Below, in pieces: positions 1 through 14,700 of a stretch of 64,000 nt of DNA; position 1 is the first letter of the stretch, and each line of letters begins with the position of its first letter. The DNA lies in contig MU054187.1 in NCBI GenBank assembly GCA_013239625.1, positions 8,156,358-8,220,357 on the forward strand, in the 5' to 3' direction. The position numbers and the translations under genes are program-made. This stretch comes from Lama guanicoe (taxonomy: Eukaryota). The notes beneath the pieces are model-generated. The model saw nothing but the letters and a program-made list of their open reading frames with translations, was not told the origin of the DNA and did not search any database.

Positions 1-1273
1 AATAATTTGACATTACAGTGATGGATTTTGCAATCCTAAGGGTCGCTGATCACCTACAAGTGAGACACTTTCTTTCACGGAGCCAGAGGGGGAAGCCCGG
101 ACTGCATTAACTGACATGTTCAATCATGTAACTGTTCGCAACGAAAATCAACTACGTACCACAGCCTGTGCTGGTTGGTGGAGACACAACAATGAACGAA
201 GTAAGAAAGTTCCTGTCTTCGTGGAGTTTACTGCATGAAGACCAGGGTGTAAGTTTAGCTTTGTTCACAAGTGATTTCATTCTTATTTTCTTACACACAG
301 AAGCTTCAGAACTTCGTGTTACCTGCCTGGCCCCTGTGGGCAGTGACTCCAGAAAATAGTGTAAAAAGCATTACAACTGGTTATAATAGAATATGTGCTC
401 CAACAGAACATACAAAAACTACTCCATGAAGTCAAGGGAGGCCTCCCCAAAAAGGCAGTGAGGCAGGACAGTCAGAGACGACAGCGCGAAGACAAAGGAA
501 ATGTCTGCCAGTATTAAATGGTAAAGTTCTCAAAACTGGGTGGATTTTAGCAGAAGTACGCACAAGTGAAAACAGCAAAAAAGGGAAAAATGAGTGAATA
601 TTAACACCTACTTCCATTTCCGTGGTTTGGGGATAAAAGAAGTTTCCACTTAGTGTTAGAGCAACATTTGACAGTAAAGCTTAGTATGTATTTGTGCATA
701 AACAGAGACTGCTTCTCCCCCTAACCAACCCCATCTCGCTTCTGATTCCTAAGGGAGGATTGGTCTGGGCTGGTTGAGAACTGAGTGGGCTTTTGCGAGG
801 CCGGCTCTTGGAACCAAGGGCATGGGTGCCCCATGGAAGGAACCACAGAGCTGAGTGGACCACCCATGGCCCTGCCTATTCTAAACAGGTACCGAACATA
901 CATAAACCAACCATGTTTCCTCACCAGTGCCCTCAAATTTCTGCCACCTGTACTCCCGGAGACACTCTGGTCCACAAATGGTACCTTCCTGAGATTTCTT
1001 CCCCAAATCCAACACTTGGCAATATATCGCAATTTCGTACTTGGTCTTTATGAAGTAAAGACTTCCGTCTGCCTCTCTTTTTGCTTTACCTCCACGTACT
1101 TTATTGATTATTTGAAATAACAAAAATTTTCTCTTGAGGTGGTAAACCAGAATATTTATTTAGGGAATCCCATCTGGTGCCAAGTTTCTTGCCAATAGAA
1201 AGGTGACAAACATAGTTATTCATGAGTTTGAATTCAGTATCTTACTTATGTTATTTTTAGTAGCCATTAAACA

Positions 1274-1274
<1 letters not shown>

Positions 1275-1305
<31 letters not shown>
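1275..1305. repeat. (TA)n microsatellite, interrupted
   Basis: ATATAT... run seen directly. Confidence 0.9.
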
Positions 1306-4300
1306 ATCATCATTATTTTTACCTTATCATGAAGTTATCTTTTAAACCTTTAAAAATGGGATTGTCAAACTTTATTTAGATTATGTAATTGTTTAGAGTT
1401 TATTACCAAAGATGATAATATTTAAATTAAGAGCAAGAAATATTATATAAAAGCAGAGGAGAAGCCAGAAGGCATGGCTTCTTTTTATCAGGTGCAAGGT
1501 ACTCAGAGGGAAAAAAAAAAACATTGCTTTTTCTTTCAGTGTACTTGTTTTTTTGTTATGTCTTTCCTTTATTATTGTTCCTCATTCCTCTGAGTGGTTT
1601 TCCCTAATCATTCTTAAAATTCTACTTTTCTTTCTATTTTTCCCCTAATCTTCAAAATAGGATTAACTGAAACATCAAGAAAATTAAAATTTGGGTCTAT
1701 ATACACAAAATATTTTCTATTTGTATTTTACATATGTCTGTAATGCTAGAGCTTTTATAGATCTTTTTTCTCCTTACTTTTGTTGCTGGAGATGGGAAAG
1801 GAGTCCTCTTTTCTTTTAGTGTTAATATCCGGCAAGCCAATTCTAAGCCAGATCTCCACAGATATTTAAAAGGACATTCTCAGGGAGACACAGTCAGCAT
1901 GTGCTTTTCCTGAGGAATGTTGGAAGAACATAGGTTTTTTTTTTTTTAGAATAAAAGTAAGAAATAAAAGTCTAGAGTAGCTTCCAATAACCGTCTCAGC
2001 AACAGAGTCGAAACCAGCAAGCAGGCTTTATGAGACCACCATGATATTCTCTGCACTCAAAGTTTTCCAAAATAATTCTTAAGGAATCATGTCTGAATTT
2101 TAGGAAGAATCAGATGCAAGAAAAAGTAGCCAATGAAAGTTGAAATATCTGTGCCATGAGCTCTTGATCAACACTAAGAGCACGAGGCAGCACCACTAAG
2201 TAAACTCCATCCGCCCTGGCTCACAGGCTCCTAGGACCAGGGTGTGATTCTGCCTGAGCGAAAACAGAAAGGATCTCTGAAAGCGCCCAGTGAATATTCA
2301 GAGCAAATAGTAGCGTCCATTAGGTTTTAAACCTACTGTTTATGGAACCAGGGACAAATAAGAAAACCAGAAAACAAATTCAAGTGTTGTCTTCTCTCAC
2401 AGGCTCTGCATTATACCAATGTGTTCCACACAGGGTGGGGTTCGGGATTAAAATTGAGAACGCTTCCCCCCCATCAACAAACCTGGCCTTGGATAGAGGC
2501 ACACAACACAGATTCACACATCACTGTCTGACAAGATGTTCACTGATAATTTTAGCAGTGCTGAAGAACTTATTGATACACTTTTCCTCTTAGAAAAGCA
2601 TCTTAAACTCACTGGAAAAAGAAAAAAGAAATCAAGTGCAAAAAGCAAATGAGGACTCTGAAACTTTGCAAGAAAGTGGGCGTCTGAAGTAGGGCATCTT
2701 ATAAAAAGGTCAGACAATATGGTGATGCTTGCGAACAACTGCCTTGTTATCAGCAAACTTCTGTCCAGACTTGAATATAAACACTATTAAGTAAAAATAA
2801 ACTAGCTGCAATATGTTGACAACAGATTGACCTTCTTTAGTTTACAAGTCACAGAATAAAATGACAAATGCTACAGTTTTAGGTATACAGACGCGTAAGG
2901 ATCTCCCATCAGAGACACACCTGCCCCCTCTACAGCGCCCACTGAACACAAAGTGGAACCGCCAGGGATTGGTCTGGGAAAACTACACTGGTCATAAAAA
3001 AAAGGTTTCCATCATTTATTAAAGGTTTACTACTACATATACTAACAAAAGAATAGATTTAAGTATCCAGTTCTCCTGAGTTTTGAGTTTTGACTATCTG
3101 AAAAAAATAATCCTCTTTCTATAAGAATTTTAAATATATCTCAACATAGTTGATTTACTCATGAATCCACTCATTTATTCAACAAATGGTTGTGGACAGC
3201 AGCTATGCAGAAGGGCACAAATACCTACAAAGAATGAGCAGGTAATTACACTTCTATTGTATTTTTCTTTTCTGTTCAATTTTATATGTCTCCCCCCAAA
3301 CTAGGGTAAGTATCATTTCTCTCAGTCTTTTTTTTTTCTTTTTGATAAGAGGGAGCCAGCCCAAACAATCTAAAAAGGAAAGAATAAATCAACAACAGAA
3401 TGAAATCTTAATGCATCAGGAAAGTCAAGCTCGGGGAGAAGACTGACAGGGACCATGGTACCTTTAATAAGCAAAAAGGCTGAAACACTAGACATCGTAT
3501 TTAGGGAAACAAAATTATTTCCAGATCTCACTTCCTTGTGGGGATCATCAGAAATCTTTAGGACTCTGGAGAAAGTGGGCTTGAGAGCAAGTATTCTCAA
3601 TGATAATGACAGCTAAGTGAGGCCGCATAAATTAGAGACACAGACATAAGTTACTCTTGGACCATTGTTACATGAGACGTAGAAAGCCACTCCCACTTCC
3701 ACATAAAAGCTACTAGTGGCATCTATTATCAACCTGGCAGTATTCATATGGGATTCTGAAAGTCATAATGTTCGGGAAATTCTGAGGCAATAAAACTGAC
3801 TCCTCACTTTCACATCTGAAAAATTATAAGCAATGTATATTGAATAAATAAATACCTGCCTCTAACCATATCACAAGGATTTTTTTATGTTTAAATATTC
3901 ATGCTGGGCTGTTATCATCTAGGCAGGGAAGTCATGCTCCCAGGATATTTTGAAAAATATCTAAAAAATTGTATATACTATAAACTATACCATTTATTTA
4001 CCTGACTGTAAATTAAAGTGGTGTTTGTTTGCAATTTTATACTGACTCATGACAACGTAGCACAGATGAATTTAAGAATGTTTATGAATAAAGTGATATT
4101 ATTACCATGAGGCATAACTTTTAAAAATTAAATAAATGTCTTAATTTGTATCAAAATATGCCCATGATTCTAAATGAATTACTTAAAGCTACCAACACTT
4201 GATGAAGAATGGACTATAAACATAACCCCAATAACAAAGTTCTGGGGACAATTAAAAACAAACAAACAAACAAAAAAGTTATCCTACAGATTCCAAGAGG

Positions 4301-4580
4301 GTTCCTACAACTAAGCATGGGCCCAAAACAGGTCACAAAGTCCTCTGTGCTCCTAAATACCAGTCTCCATCATGTAGGCCAGCAATATTAAGAGAATATC
4401 AAATCCCAAGATCTTGGACAGGAATACTCTTTTTCTAAAAAAGCAGGAAAATGCAGACCTACATTTTAGTGAAATGGATGATTAATAAAAACCATATACC
4501 TAAGAGAGTGCAAAACAAAGTACTTCATGACTATCTAGGTCAGCTATTTTCCTATCTACTTCAGAATTAAAACCAGTAAC

Positions 4581-4912
4581 CTAGAGATGATCATACGAAG
4601 TGAAATAAGCCAGACAGAGAAAGACAAATATCACATGATACCACCTCTACGTGGAATCTAAAAAAAAAAAAATGATAAAAGGAAATTATTTACAAAACAG
4701 AAATAGACTCACAGACGTAGAAAACAAACTTACGGTTACCAAGGCAGAAAGGAGGGAGAGGGATAAATTAGGGACTTGGGATGAACAGATACACTCTACT
4801 ATCTATGACATAAACAACAAGGACCTAGACACACACACACACATTTAACAACCACTTTGCTGTACACCTGAAACATTATAAATCAACTATACTTCCATTA
4901 ACAATAAATAAA
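4581..4912 (+). mobile_element. 5'-truncated LINE-1 3' end, cetartiodactyl type
   Basis: CTAGAGATGATCATACGAAGTGAAATAAGCCAGACAGAGAAAGACAAATATCACATGATA (L1 ORF2 C-terminus) followed by 3'UTR ...GCTGTACACCTGAAACATTATAAATCAACTATACTTC and an A-rich tail. Confidence 0.85.
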
Positions 4913-4929
4913 TACAAACAATGTGAAAA

Positions 4930-7900
4930 AACACATGGATTCAGTTCTCTTTACTATGTATGAAAAACACATTAAAAAAAAAACTGCTTTCAGACACTGA
5001 AGAACAGGCAGTGCTAGACTGTGACCCCTAGAACAAGAGAAGAAATGAGATGGCTTCTCCCACTGCCTTAGCTTTCCGCTTGAGGTTGAGACTATTTTGG
5101 GGAGAGGGGGAGGAAGAAAAACTGCTAAGCACAGGGAGGTTGAAGTAGCTAGACTTGGCATAAAACAGCACCAGAGAGGAGGGAGCTATTTTTAAAGAAA
5201 AAAAAAATTCCAGAAATATGAATAGGGATCTCCTTGTATCCTTGCTTGAAAACAAAAGTGCATATGTGCAGGTAAAATTCCATAATGCCAAACAATAGCA
5301 TTCAGTTTTCCTAAACAATTTACAGAGCTCGTGCAGAGCAGGGAGATACCAGAATTCCCACAAGCCAAGAAGGAAGAGTTCGTTTAATACCTGAGGCATT
5401 CAGTATAACTGTTTAGTAGAGAAGGGTTATACATTAGAAATAGGACTAATAAAGGGACATGCCTTAAAATAGCCCGACAGTAAAGGTCTCTGTAGATCCA
5501 CAAAAGGATTAAGTTGCACTGTAGGTAAATGAACTACCTGCCAAAACAACTGGTAAAGAAAAATAATAAAATCCAGAAACTCAAGACATACGAAGCAGCA
5601 GCAAACTTTAACCCATAGCCAGAAGTCAAATTAGTCAATTGAAGCAGGCCCGTAAATGACAGAGACAATGAATTTATTAATCAAGAACTTTAAAACAGAT
5701 ATTATAAATATGCTTAAGATTTTAAAGAAACATATGAGTATAGTGAGGAAAGGGATAAAAGCAATTATTGAAATTCAAGACCTGAAAAAAAAAAACACAA
5801 TATCTGAAATAAAATTTAGTACATGGCTAGATTAGACACTGCAGAAAAACAGATCAGTGAGTTGGAAAACATAACATGAGAAGTTATAAAATCAGAGGCA
5901 CAGAGCAATAAAATGCTAAGAATAATTCCCAGAGAATAAAATTTGTGGTCTTAACAATCTGTATGACAATATCAAATAGCTAAAACACATGTAATTGAAG
6001 ACACATAAAGAGGGGATCAAAAAAAATTTAAAGAAATTTGCTAAACTTTTTCCAAATTTGATAAAAACTAAAAACACAGATACACTAAGCTCATCAAACT
6101 CCAATCAGAACAAAGAAATACATAAGAAGCATCATAATTAAATGGTTGAAATTCAGTAACAAAGACAAAATTTTTAAATCAGATAAAGAATAGGACAAAT
6201 ATCAGAAAAGTTGCCAATTTTTAATAAGAAACATTGCAAGCAAGGAGACTATAGAATGGCATCATTAGTGTACTGAAATATGTCAAGCTAGAATTTGACA
6301 TCCAGACAAAATATCTTGCAAAAATAAAGATATTTTCAAACAAAGCTGAGAGAATTTGAAACTAGCAGACCCATACAATAGTAAGTGATAAAAAAAATTA
6401 CTCCAGTTGAAGAAAAATGATACCAGATATAAACCGGAATCTACACAAATGAATAGAGAGTGCAAGAAAGGGTAATACGTCAATATACACAATGCCAGTT
6501 TTTCTCATTTTTAAAATTTCTTTAAAAGACAGTTGACTGTTTAAAGCAACAACATATTGTCAAGTACATAACATAATGTAGAAATAAAATATATGTAAGA
6601 AAAAATACATGAAGTTAACATGGGGTAAATGAAAGTACACAGTTATAAGGTTCTTATACATGAAGGGGTATAAAATTAGATGAATATAGACTGTAACAAA
6701 TTAGACACACATTATAAATCATAGAACAACTAAAAGAATATTTAAACTAAAAGAATAAAGGGTACCATTAATAAACCAACACTAAAGATAAAATAGAATA
6801 CTAAAAATTACTCAATTAATCCAAAAGTATATTTTAAAAAGAAGTAAAGAACAGATTAAATAAATGTAAACAGTAAGACAGCAGACTTAAATCTAACCAT
6901 ACCAATAATTACATTATTAAGTAGTCTAAACATACAATTAAAAAGTAGACTGACAAAATCTGTCTGAGAAAGTAAAACCCAGCTCTATGCAGAATTGCAT
7001 GAAAGCCTCATTGAATGTACAAAGATAGGCTAAAAGTAAAAAGTTAGTCAAGAATATGCCATGCAAACACTAAATGTAAGAAAACTGGAGGAACTACATT
7101 GCTATAAGACAGATTTTCAGACTTCAGAACAAGTGATAGTGCTAGAGACAAAGAAGAACATTTCATAATGATAAAAGAATCAATTCATCAAGAATACATA
7201 ACAATCCTAAGTGTGTACGTGAGTAGTAACAAAGCTGCAAAATACATGAGTCTAAAATGGACAGGATTAATATGAAAAAGAATATATATAGGTATGTATA
7301 GCTGAATCACTGTACACCAGAAACTAACACGGCATTATAAATCAGCTATATTTCAATAAAAATAAATAAATAAACTGCTATGATTAAGAAAAATTAAACT
7401 GACAGAACTGAAAGAGAAATCCTCATAGTCGCAGGTGAAGAGTGCAACTTTCCCCTCAGTGGTTGATAGAATAAGCAGACAGAAGGTCAGTAAACAGACA
7501 GAAGGTCAGTCAGCATACAGAAGAGTTAAACAACATGAACAAACAACTCTACCTAATTGATGTTTATAGCACAATACAATCACAAATGCACAATATGCCA
7601 TTATCTGTGGGGTGCAACTAAAAGCATGATTAGAGGGAAATTTATAGGTTTAAATGTTTATGTATAAAAAAGAAAGGTTTGAATTTCCACCTAAGAGAGT
7701 TAGAAAACAAGAGCAAATTAAACCCAATGCATGTAGAAGAAAGGAGATAATACAAAAAAAGTGGGAATCTGTGAAGTAGAAAACAAATGTAACAAAGAAA
7801 ATCCAGAAAATAAAAGCTGGTTCTTTGAGGAAAAACAATCAATAAAATTGATAAACCTCTAATTAAACTGATAAAGAGAGAAAACAACAAATTACCAAAA

Positions 7901-8055
7901 GCGTAATGAAAATGGAGACATCACCACAGACCCTACAAACATTAGGAGATAAGTAAGGGAACATTATAAATAATTTTGTGCTAATAAATTCAACAACTTA
8001 GGTAAAATAGGAAAATTCCTTGAAATATACAAATTACAAAAATGGACACACAAAA
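4930..8055 (+). mobile_element. Old degenerate LINE-1 (L1M-type): probable 5' region, ORF1 remnant, inter-ORF region and start of ORF2, with internal deletions
   Basis: A-rich + strand. Broken translations resemble L1 ORF2: RDKEEHFIMIKESIHQEYITILSVY (~7144, endonuclease), LWGATKSMIRGKFIGLN (~7604) and SWFFE..INKIDKPL (~7815). Many stops and frameshifts; 5' boundary approximate. Confidence 0.85.
7268..7375 (+). mobile_element. Short younger L1 3' end nested in the old L1 ORF2
   Basis: AATATGAAAAAGAATATATAT...GCTGAATCACTGTACACCAGAAACTAACAC...TAAATCAGCTATATTTCAATAAAAAT interrupts the host L1; similar to the tails at ~4850 and ~62340. Confidence 0.8.
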
Positions 8056-8061
8056 AAGAAA

Positions 8062-8412
8062 TTTGAATGAGTGGAGGGTAGTGAATAGCAAAGAGAGTAG
8101 CACAAAATGTGGTCAGAGAGGAGGACAGGGATCAGGTGATGTAGAGTTTTGTAGGACAAGGTCAGGAATTTAGATTTAATCCTCAGTGTGAAAATCCACT
8201 GAAAGATTTTAAAGAGCAGTGGTAAAATCTTATTGCAGTTTTTAAATAACACCGGCTACTGTGGAAAAAAATGAACTCTAGATATATAAGACTGAAAGAA
8301 AGATGACTGAAAAAGAAGGAATATAAGAAATTATTTCAGTACTTCAGGCAAGGGATTTTGTGACTTAGAGCAACATTAGTGGAGAGGGAAAGAAGTGGAC
8401 AGATTCAAGATC
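8062..8412 (-). mobile_element. LINE-2 fragment
   Basis: Purine-rich L2 antisense signature (GTAGAGTTTTGTAGGACAAGGTCAGGAATTTAGATTTAATCC...CCACTGAAAGATTTTAA...GAAGTGGACAGATTCAAGA). Confidence 0.7.
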
Positions 8413-11400
8413 TACCCCCAGCTTGGCTCTCATATTACAGAACTAAAAATGTATATCAAAATATTTCTTATTCAACATAGGAAATGTCTTCCAGAAAAAT
8501 TTACATCAAAGCAAATACTATTTTCCCATTGACTTATAGAGATGTTTGTTCTCTGGGGAAAAAACATTCCCATATATGTAATAAAATTCCCGTCAAGAGT
8601 AAAGCAATTAAAATGTGCATTTCCCTAACAGAAAAAATGGAAAAACAACAAAATATTAATAGTGGTGTCTCTAGATTATGATCTTAATGTCGATTTTGTT
8701 CCTTCTCACATTAGCTTATGACTTTTGAAATATTAAGAGTTCTTTTTAAAATACCAGAACAACAGTTCAGTTATACATTTTTAAATACTGTAGATAATAA
8801 TTTCTAAAATAAAATAGTAAACTATTAAAATATTAACAATAGCACTTTGTTGCATTTAAAATGAATTACAAAATCAAACTATGATAGTCCCAGGGGAATT
8901 ATCACCTGATTCGCTGAGCCTAGGCTATGGTTCCCATTAAAGATGTGATTAACCTTAATGCTTTAGCACTTGACCATTTTTTAATCAGCATTAAACCATC
9001 ATAAATTGTGTACATTTTCATAATTTTACCATCACTTGAACTTCTTGGCCTCTGTCTGGTAAAACAATTTACCAAAGAAATATCTATGCTATTTAGTTTA
9101 GAATTTGTGTATGAGTTAAAAGATATCTAGAGATAAAGACTAAAATAGCCAGCCTTCCCAATTCCTTAGCATTAAATAACCAAGGAAAATTTGACCCCCC
9201 CTCAACACAAATGTGAAATTCACTTTAGAAGTCTAATAGGCATGAACTTCAACTTCCATAATGGCCCCACTAGCAAAAATGGCCTTCTAGAAAACGTTAG
9301 CAGCCTTAAATAAGAGCTGACATCTCAGCTCATTTTCACCCAATGTTCTTTCTCCCTTCAGCTCAGACTTAGAGCCTAAAATCAACCAGGAACTGAACCA
9401 GCCTTTAGGATTAAGTTCCATTTCAACTTAAATTCCTATGAATATGCACAAAATGGGGTTGATAAAATCCTTTAACCTTTGTTTTGTGCATGGCAAAAAA
9501 TTTCTGTCAATGGTTAAAAGTGAATTTTTGGAGTAAGGGGGGCTGAGTTTTCAATTTTGGACCTACCACTTAACTTACAAACTCTGTAATCTTAACTAAG
9601 TTTTAATAACCCTTACATACACATTTGTTGTCAGGATCAGCACCTTACAGGACACATAATTTATTCACTAGTTTTTGTTATTCATAATCATCCTAACAGA
9701 TATAGATGTTCATGTATTTGCTTAGCTAAAAATCAAAAACATATAATCCTTTGAAAAGAAAAACACATACACTTTATACACTTTAGACACTTTAGACTGA
9801 TACATTTGTTACACCTGAGTTTATAAATACAATTAGCATACATCAGGTTTTGGACTGATTGCTCCCATCATAACCATCATGCTATTCCCCTGACATCCCG
9901 TGAGATACTGTGACTAAGTGGCTGCGTTGTAAAGCTATTACATAATTAAGATTAACTAAATTGTGGTATGCTGTTACACATTGGATTAATTTAAAATTCT
10001 GCCGCTATGGGAGTCAGGCAGAACTGGACTCATCTTTGTCAGCTTTTTGGCTGGAAAATCTGGGAAAAGTTTTTAAACTTCTAAGGTTGTTTTCATTATC
10101 TGAAGGTCTTTATAGAAAAAAAAATAGTAGAATGTATTTAGAGTTTCTAAAATAAAGTGAACTGTCAATAGATGTTAATAACCCCTTCTTCATTACTGTT
10201 TCTCCTTCCTTCACTATAATGGAACAACCAGGATATAGATACGTAAAAAGACTTTCTCCCTAAGCTCAAACTCAACAAATCCAATCAGGCACGAAGGTAC
10301 CTAAGAAATCGTACAAATGGCAGTGTGAAGCACTGGCGGTAACTATGAGGCTGAGAAGAAATGAGGAAATGATGAAGAAATCTATAGGAAATATTCTCTG
10401 AAACCAAACCACTTCTGCATGCTAGATGGCCTGAGCTTGCCTCAATATAAGTCATGTTCAAAAGATAACCTGTTTGTAGGACAGAGTATCAATCAAAGCA
10501 AATGCCAATGTTCAAGATGCAGTGAAAATCAGGGAAACAAGAATAGAACATGGCAGCAAAATGAGAGGGGAAATTGCTAAAGAACTGTGTAAGAGAGAAT
10601 TTTAAGGAAGACTTTAGATTAAAATGAAGCCACACACTCGTGTTTCTTTATTTCATATCAGCCTTGGAAGACTAATTAGCCCATGTCCTTTTCATCTGGG
10701 ATAACAGAAATTACTGTGAGATCTCAGAATGACTGAGTAGAAGAACATATGTATTTAGAGCTTTAATGCATGATAAATCTAAGTAAATATACTATATCCA
10801 CTAGTGTTGATCCTAAACTTTCCTCCCCAATATTTGCAAAACAGCTTATCTGTTGTGTATAACCTTTGGACTCTGCCATTGTCCACACCACTTTCTGTGC
10901 TGACCCACATACAAACTTACTCCATTCAATGCTTTTCATTCCTGATCCCAGCAGGTATTCTCTGCTTCAGTAACACTTTCTGCTTCTTGCTTAATCACCA
11001 ATGTCTTGCAGCACAATACATCTTCCATCAGGCCAAAATCAATCCCAAGAGATGATAAAAGTTATGTGAATTTGATAAATTTTTAGGTCTGTGGTGCTCT
11101 GCTGGATATCCAAAGGATATGCCCTTCAATAAAGTAAGCTCAAAATTTCGCTTCTCACAACCAAGCATTTATAGCATCAGGCCTTTCTTCAGGTCACCCT
11201 GTATCACTGGTTTGCAATTGACTGTGGATGAGTAAATCCCCTAAGAGATCTCTAATTTGGGTCTTTAGTGCATTGTGGATAGGAAAACAATCTAGTAAGT
11301 ATGCCACCGAGATGAGACACTGCTCTTAAGCAAGATACAAACACTACTGTGACATTTCCCTAACTAAAACTTGTCATTAACATTTTTATTTTTGGACAAA

Positions 11401-11924
11401 TAAAATCAAGCAATATTTCTGCTCAACAGCAACACTTCCAAATACAACTCAGCATATCTTTATCTTCAATTTTGATTCCTTTTAATTTGTCCTTAATCAT
11501 TTCCCACTGATATCCCATCAAAGAAATTGAACATGTAAAAACTTAATAGATCTAGCCACTCAAGTGTTATACCAGCTTTTGACAGTCTCATCCAGAAGAA
11601 CAATGCCAATTTTGTTTTTCACTGAAGAAATTAAACTTGTTTTTCTCTGAAACATTGATAAAGTCAACTTGTAAAGATGGCAGTCCTACTTTAGATTACT
11701 TACTACCTTGTGTTATAACTCATGTAAAAGGATGAAGTTGTATAACTGAAAAATTATACTTAATAATGAGGCATTATAGATGACAATTATTTTGTTGTTT
11801 CCAAATTATTTTTGGAAAGAAATACAGCATTAGCTGTTAAATAATGGAAAAAACTTAATTTAATAAAATTATAGTAAAAATAAATAACCTAAATAAGATT
11901 ATTCTAATTGTCCACTATATCCTT

Positions 11925-12062
11925 ACTGCTCAAAGTATGATCCATGCATCTGCCTCACCAGGGAGTTTGTTAGAATCTCAGGTCCCACCACAGATCTACA
12001 GAATCAGAATCTTCAATTTAACAAGATTCCCAAGTTATATATATTAAAGTTTGAAAAATCAT
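11925..12062. mobile_element. MER5-like hAT-Charlie DNA transposon remnant
   Basis: CTGCTCAAAGTATG...CACCAGGGAGTTTGTTAGAATCTCAGGTCCCACC..AGATCTACAGAATCAGAATCT..ATTTAACAAGATTCCCAAG..AAAGTTTGAAAA matches the MER5 pattern as recalled. Confidence 0.75.
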
Positions 12063-14074
12063 TAACTTAGTTGAACTTGTAATACCAACTCAAAATGTAA
12101 GCATACTAACACCACCAAGTTTCACAAAGTATTCAAGACAGAAGCTAATGGATATTTTAATATCCTAACATCAAAAACAAAGAAGTTTTGATTAATACTG
12201 AACAAAGTTCTGCCTTATTTATTGGGATAAGTCATTAAGAATCTATGGATTTCATGGGTTGTAAAACTTTTCACCTCTTCAGATTCCAATCTATTCTGTT
12301 TCACATTTGCAAATTTCTGCTATTTTGTTAAGAAAAAAATGATAACAATAAACTAGATTAAAAAGAGTTTATAATTTATCACATATATCATTAGTAATTC
12401 TACTTAAAAATAAAATTGATATTTATCTTTAGTACACATGCCAAATATTTACATTATTTTACATTTTAGAAAATCAAAATACTGTTTTGCTTTATTGCTT
12501 ATAACATGAAATGCAAATGTTTAAAACCATAAAACATGGTCACGTCCCAGAGTGTCCCTAGGAGCTGGCACAGTAATTCAAGAGCCCTGAGGATTTTCTC
12601 CCTTATCCTAAAATGAGCTGATGGCTTAAATTGAATCAAGACGATGAAAGAGGGCAAGAGCAGTTAGCCACACCCTGCTGTGTCATGAAGTTCAATTAAT
12701 TTTCCCAAAGCTCTGATCCAAGCATGACACCTTCTACTTCTCAAACTTTCAATGACTGCTTGTATATAAGACTTCTCGTCATACCTTCTCCACCTTCCCC
12801 TCTAAGAGCTCACTTTCTATGCACCAAACTGAACTGTTTCCAGGACATGCTCTGTGCGCTCCTTGGTGTCTTTGCTTTGGCAGTCCCCTCCACTTGGAAA
12901 AGTCACCTCTTGATGCCCCTGTTAAGATTTTACCCACTCACCTCAGTCCATCTTAATTGTCACACAATCTTGATCACTTAATCTCTACCCACTTTGAAGA
13001 CCCTATGCCACAGTTATGACATTTCTTTTGTGCTTTGCATTATAGTTTTTTGTTCCTGAGCTGGCTTCAAATACTTGAAAGCCTGTCATGGGGAAGAGAG
13101 ATTAAACTTGTTCCTCAAATCTCCAGAGTAGAAACAAGACTAATGACTAAAAGATACGAAAGACAGCTTTTAGCCCTATACAGAAAAGAATTTCCTGACA
13201 TTCAGAGTTGTCCTAATACTGGGCTACCTCTGAAGGTAGTACGTTCCCTCTCATGTTCAGCAGAGATTCGAAAAAGACTTTTAGGAAATGTGGTTAAAAA
13301 AAAAAAAAGATAGTAAAATTGGACCAGATGGTCAATAATAGTACCTTACAAACCAGTGATTTTTTTTTAAATTTTATGTTTCTAAAGGCACTTTGAAAAT
13401 CCAACTTAAATATAATCTTTTCATATATTGGTATGTTGAATCTGCCAAGAAAATCAAGCCTGATTTTTTTTTTCTTAATCCACTACCTCTCAACTTTCTA
13501 ACATCAGAATAAAAAGAATTCATCCAGAAAATGAAACTTATCAAGTTGAAAGTAAACCAAGAGGGGAGAGATAGATCTTAATATTTTTTTAAACTAGAAA
13601 TACTATATTATATAAATAGTAACCTATTCCTTGAATACAAATAATATAAATATATAAATAATAGCCTATTCCTTGACTATTCATTTCAAAAATCATTATT
13701 AAATGCTTTTAAAAAATCCATGATTTCTTTTATTATATCATTGTTTTTCATAACATGAAAATAGAGTGCTTAGGACTGCAATACAAAATAAAGTAGTTCT
13801 ATCTCCCTTGACTCTATATGTCCCATACTTAGGACCTGAAATAAATATACTGCATGTGCACATTTTCAACGTGCAAAGGGATTTTTCTAGTATCTCTTTT
13901 TAATATAAGTTGACAACACTGGCAGAAGATTATGATAGTCTTAGAACATACTGAATGACTTACCAGAAATGTGAATTTCCTTTTAAAATAGAAATTTTAA
14001 AAATCATTTAAACCACTGAAGGAAACATTTCTTAAAACATGATTGTTTTAAGATCTTAATAGATAATCAAAGGC

Positions 14075-14700
14075 TAGGAACACTCAATTGACATAAGGAA
14101 AAAAAATCTGACATATAAGTAAACACATAGAGAAATGTTCGACCATGCTAATTATCAACTAAATTTATGTCAAAGCAGTAAGGTACCATTTTACACCTAA
14201 TAAATTAGAAAACAATATTTCAAAAACAATACTAAGTGTTAGTGTGGCTCCAGTGAATCTAATGCACACTGTTGGTAGTGTTGCAAATTATCACAGTATT
14301 TTTGAAAGTTATTTGGCTGTACATCTTAGGACACATAAATTTCCTTATTCTTTGACTTAGGAATCCCAAATATCGGAATCTATCCTAAAGAAATAATAAA
14401 ATGGCTATTTGCACTGACATTCATTGTTGTATAAGTAACAACTAAAATTTCCAATTATAGCCAGATGTTTTCATATAATACTTCCATTCAGTGAAATATT
14501 ATATAGGCATTAAAAAGTATAACTTAAAAGGTTATATAGCAATATGAAAAATGATAGATATGTGATTAAGAGTAAAAGCAAGATTCAGAACAATACTGTT
14601 ACTATAATTCTGTGCAACTTATGTTATATGGGCAAGAACTAGAAAGATAATTTGATTTTTGCAAGGGTGATATTGAAAATACATTGTGTGCTTTTTGTGT
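14075..14700 (+). mobile_element. Ancient L1 (L1ME-like) 3' region
   Basis: AAATGTTC..ACCATTTTACACCTA..CACTGTTGGTAGTGTTGCAAATT..TTTGACTTAGGAATCCCA..GGAATCTATCCTAAAGAAATAA resembles the L1 ORF2 end and 3'UTR. Confidence 0.7.

Noticed and set aside
249..300. GTAAGT...CACAG intron-like segment
   Set aside because: Only ~52 nt, shorter than typical mammalian introns, and the flanks give no recognisable coding sequence
9636..9656. RE1 left half ATCAGCACC followed by GGACAC
   Set aside because: Right half is imperfect, spacing is atypical and it lies in MIR-like sequence
13611..13676. Short direct repeat (TATAAATA.TA.CCTATTCCTTGA twice); similar pairs at ~14962-15000 and ~7475-7510
   Set aside because: Two-copy local duplications typical of slippage, not a CRISPR-like or functional array
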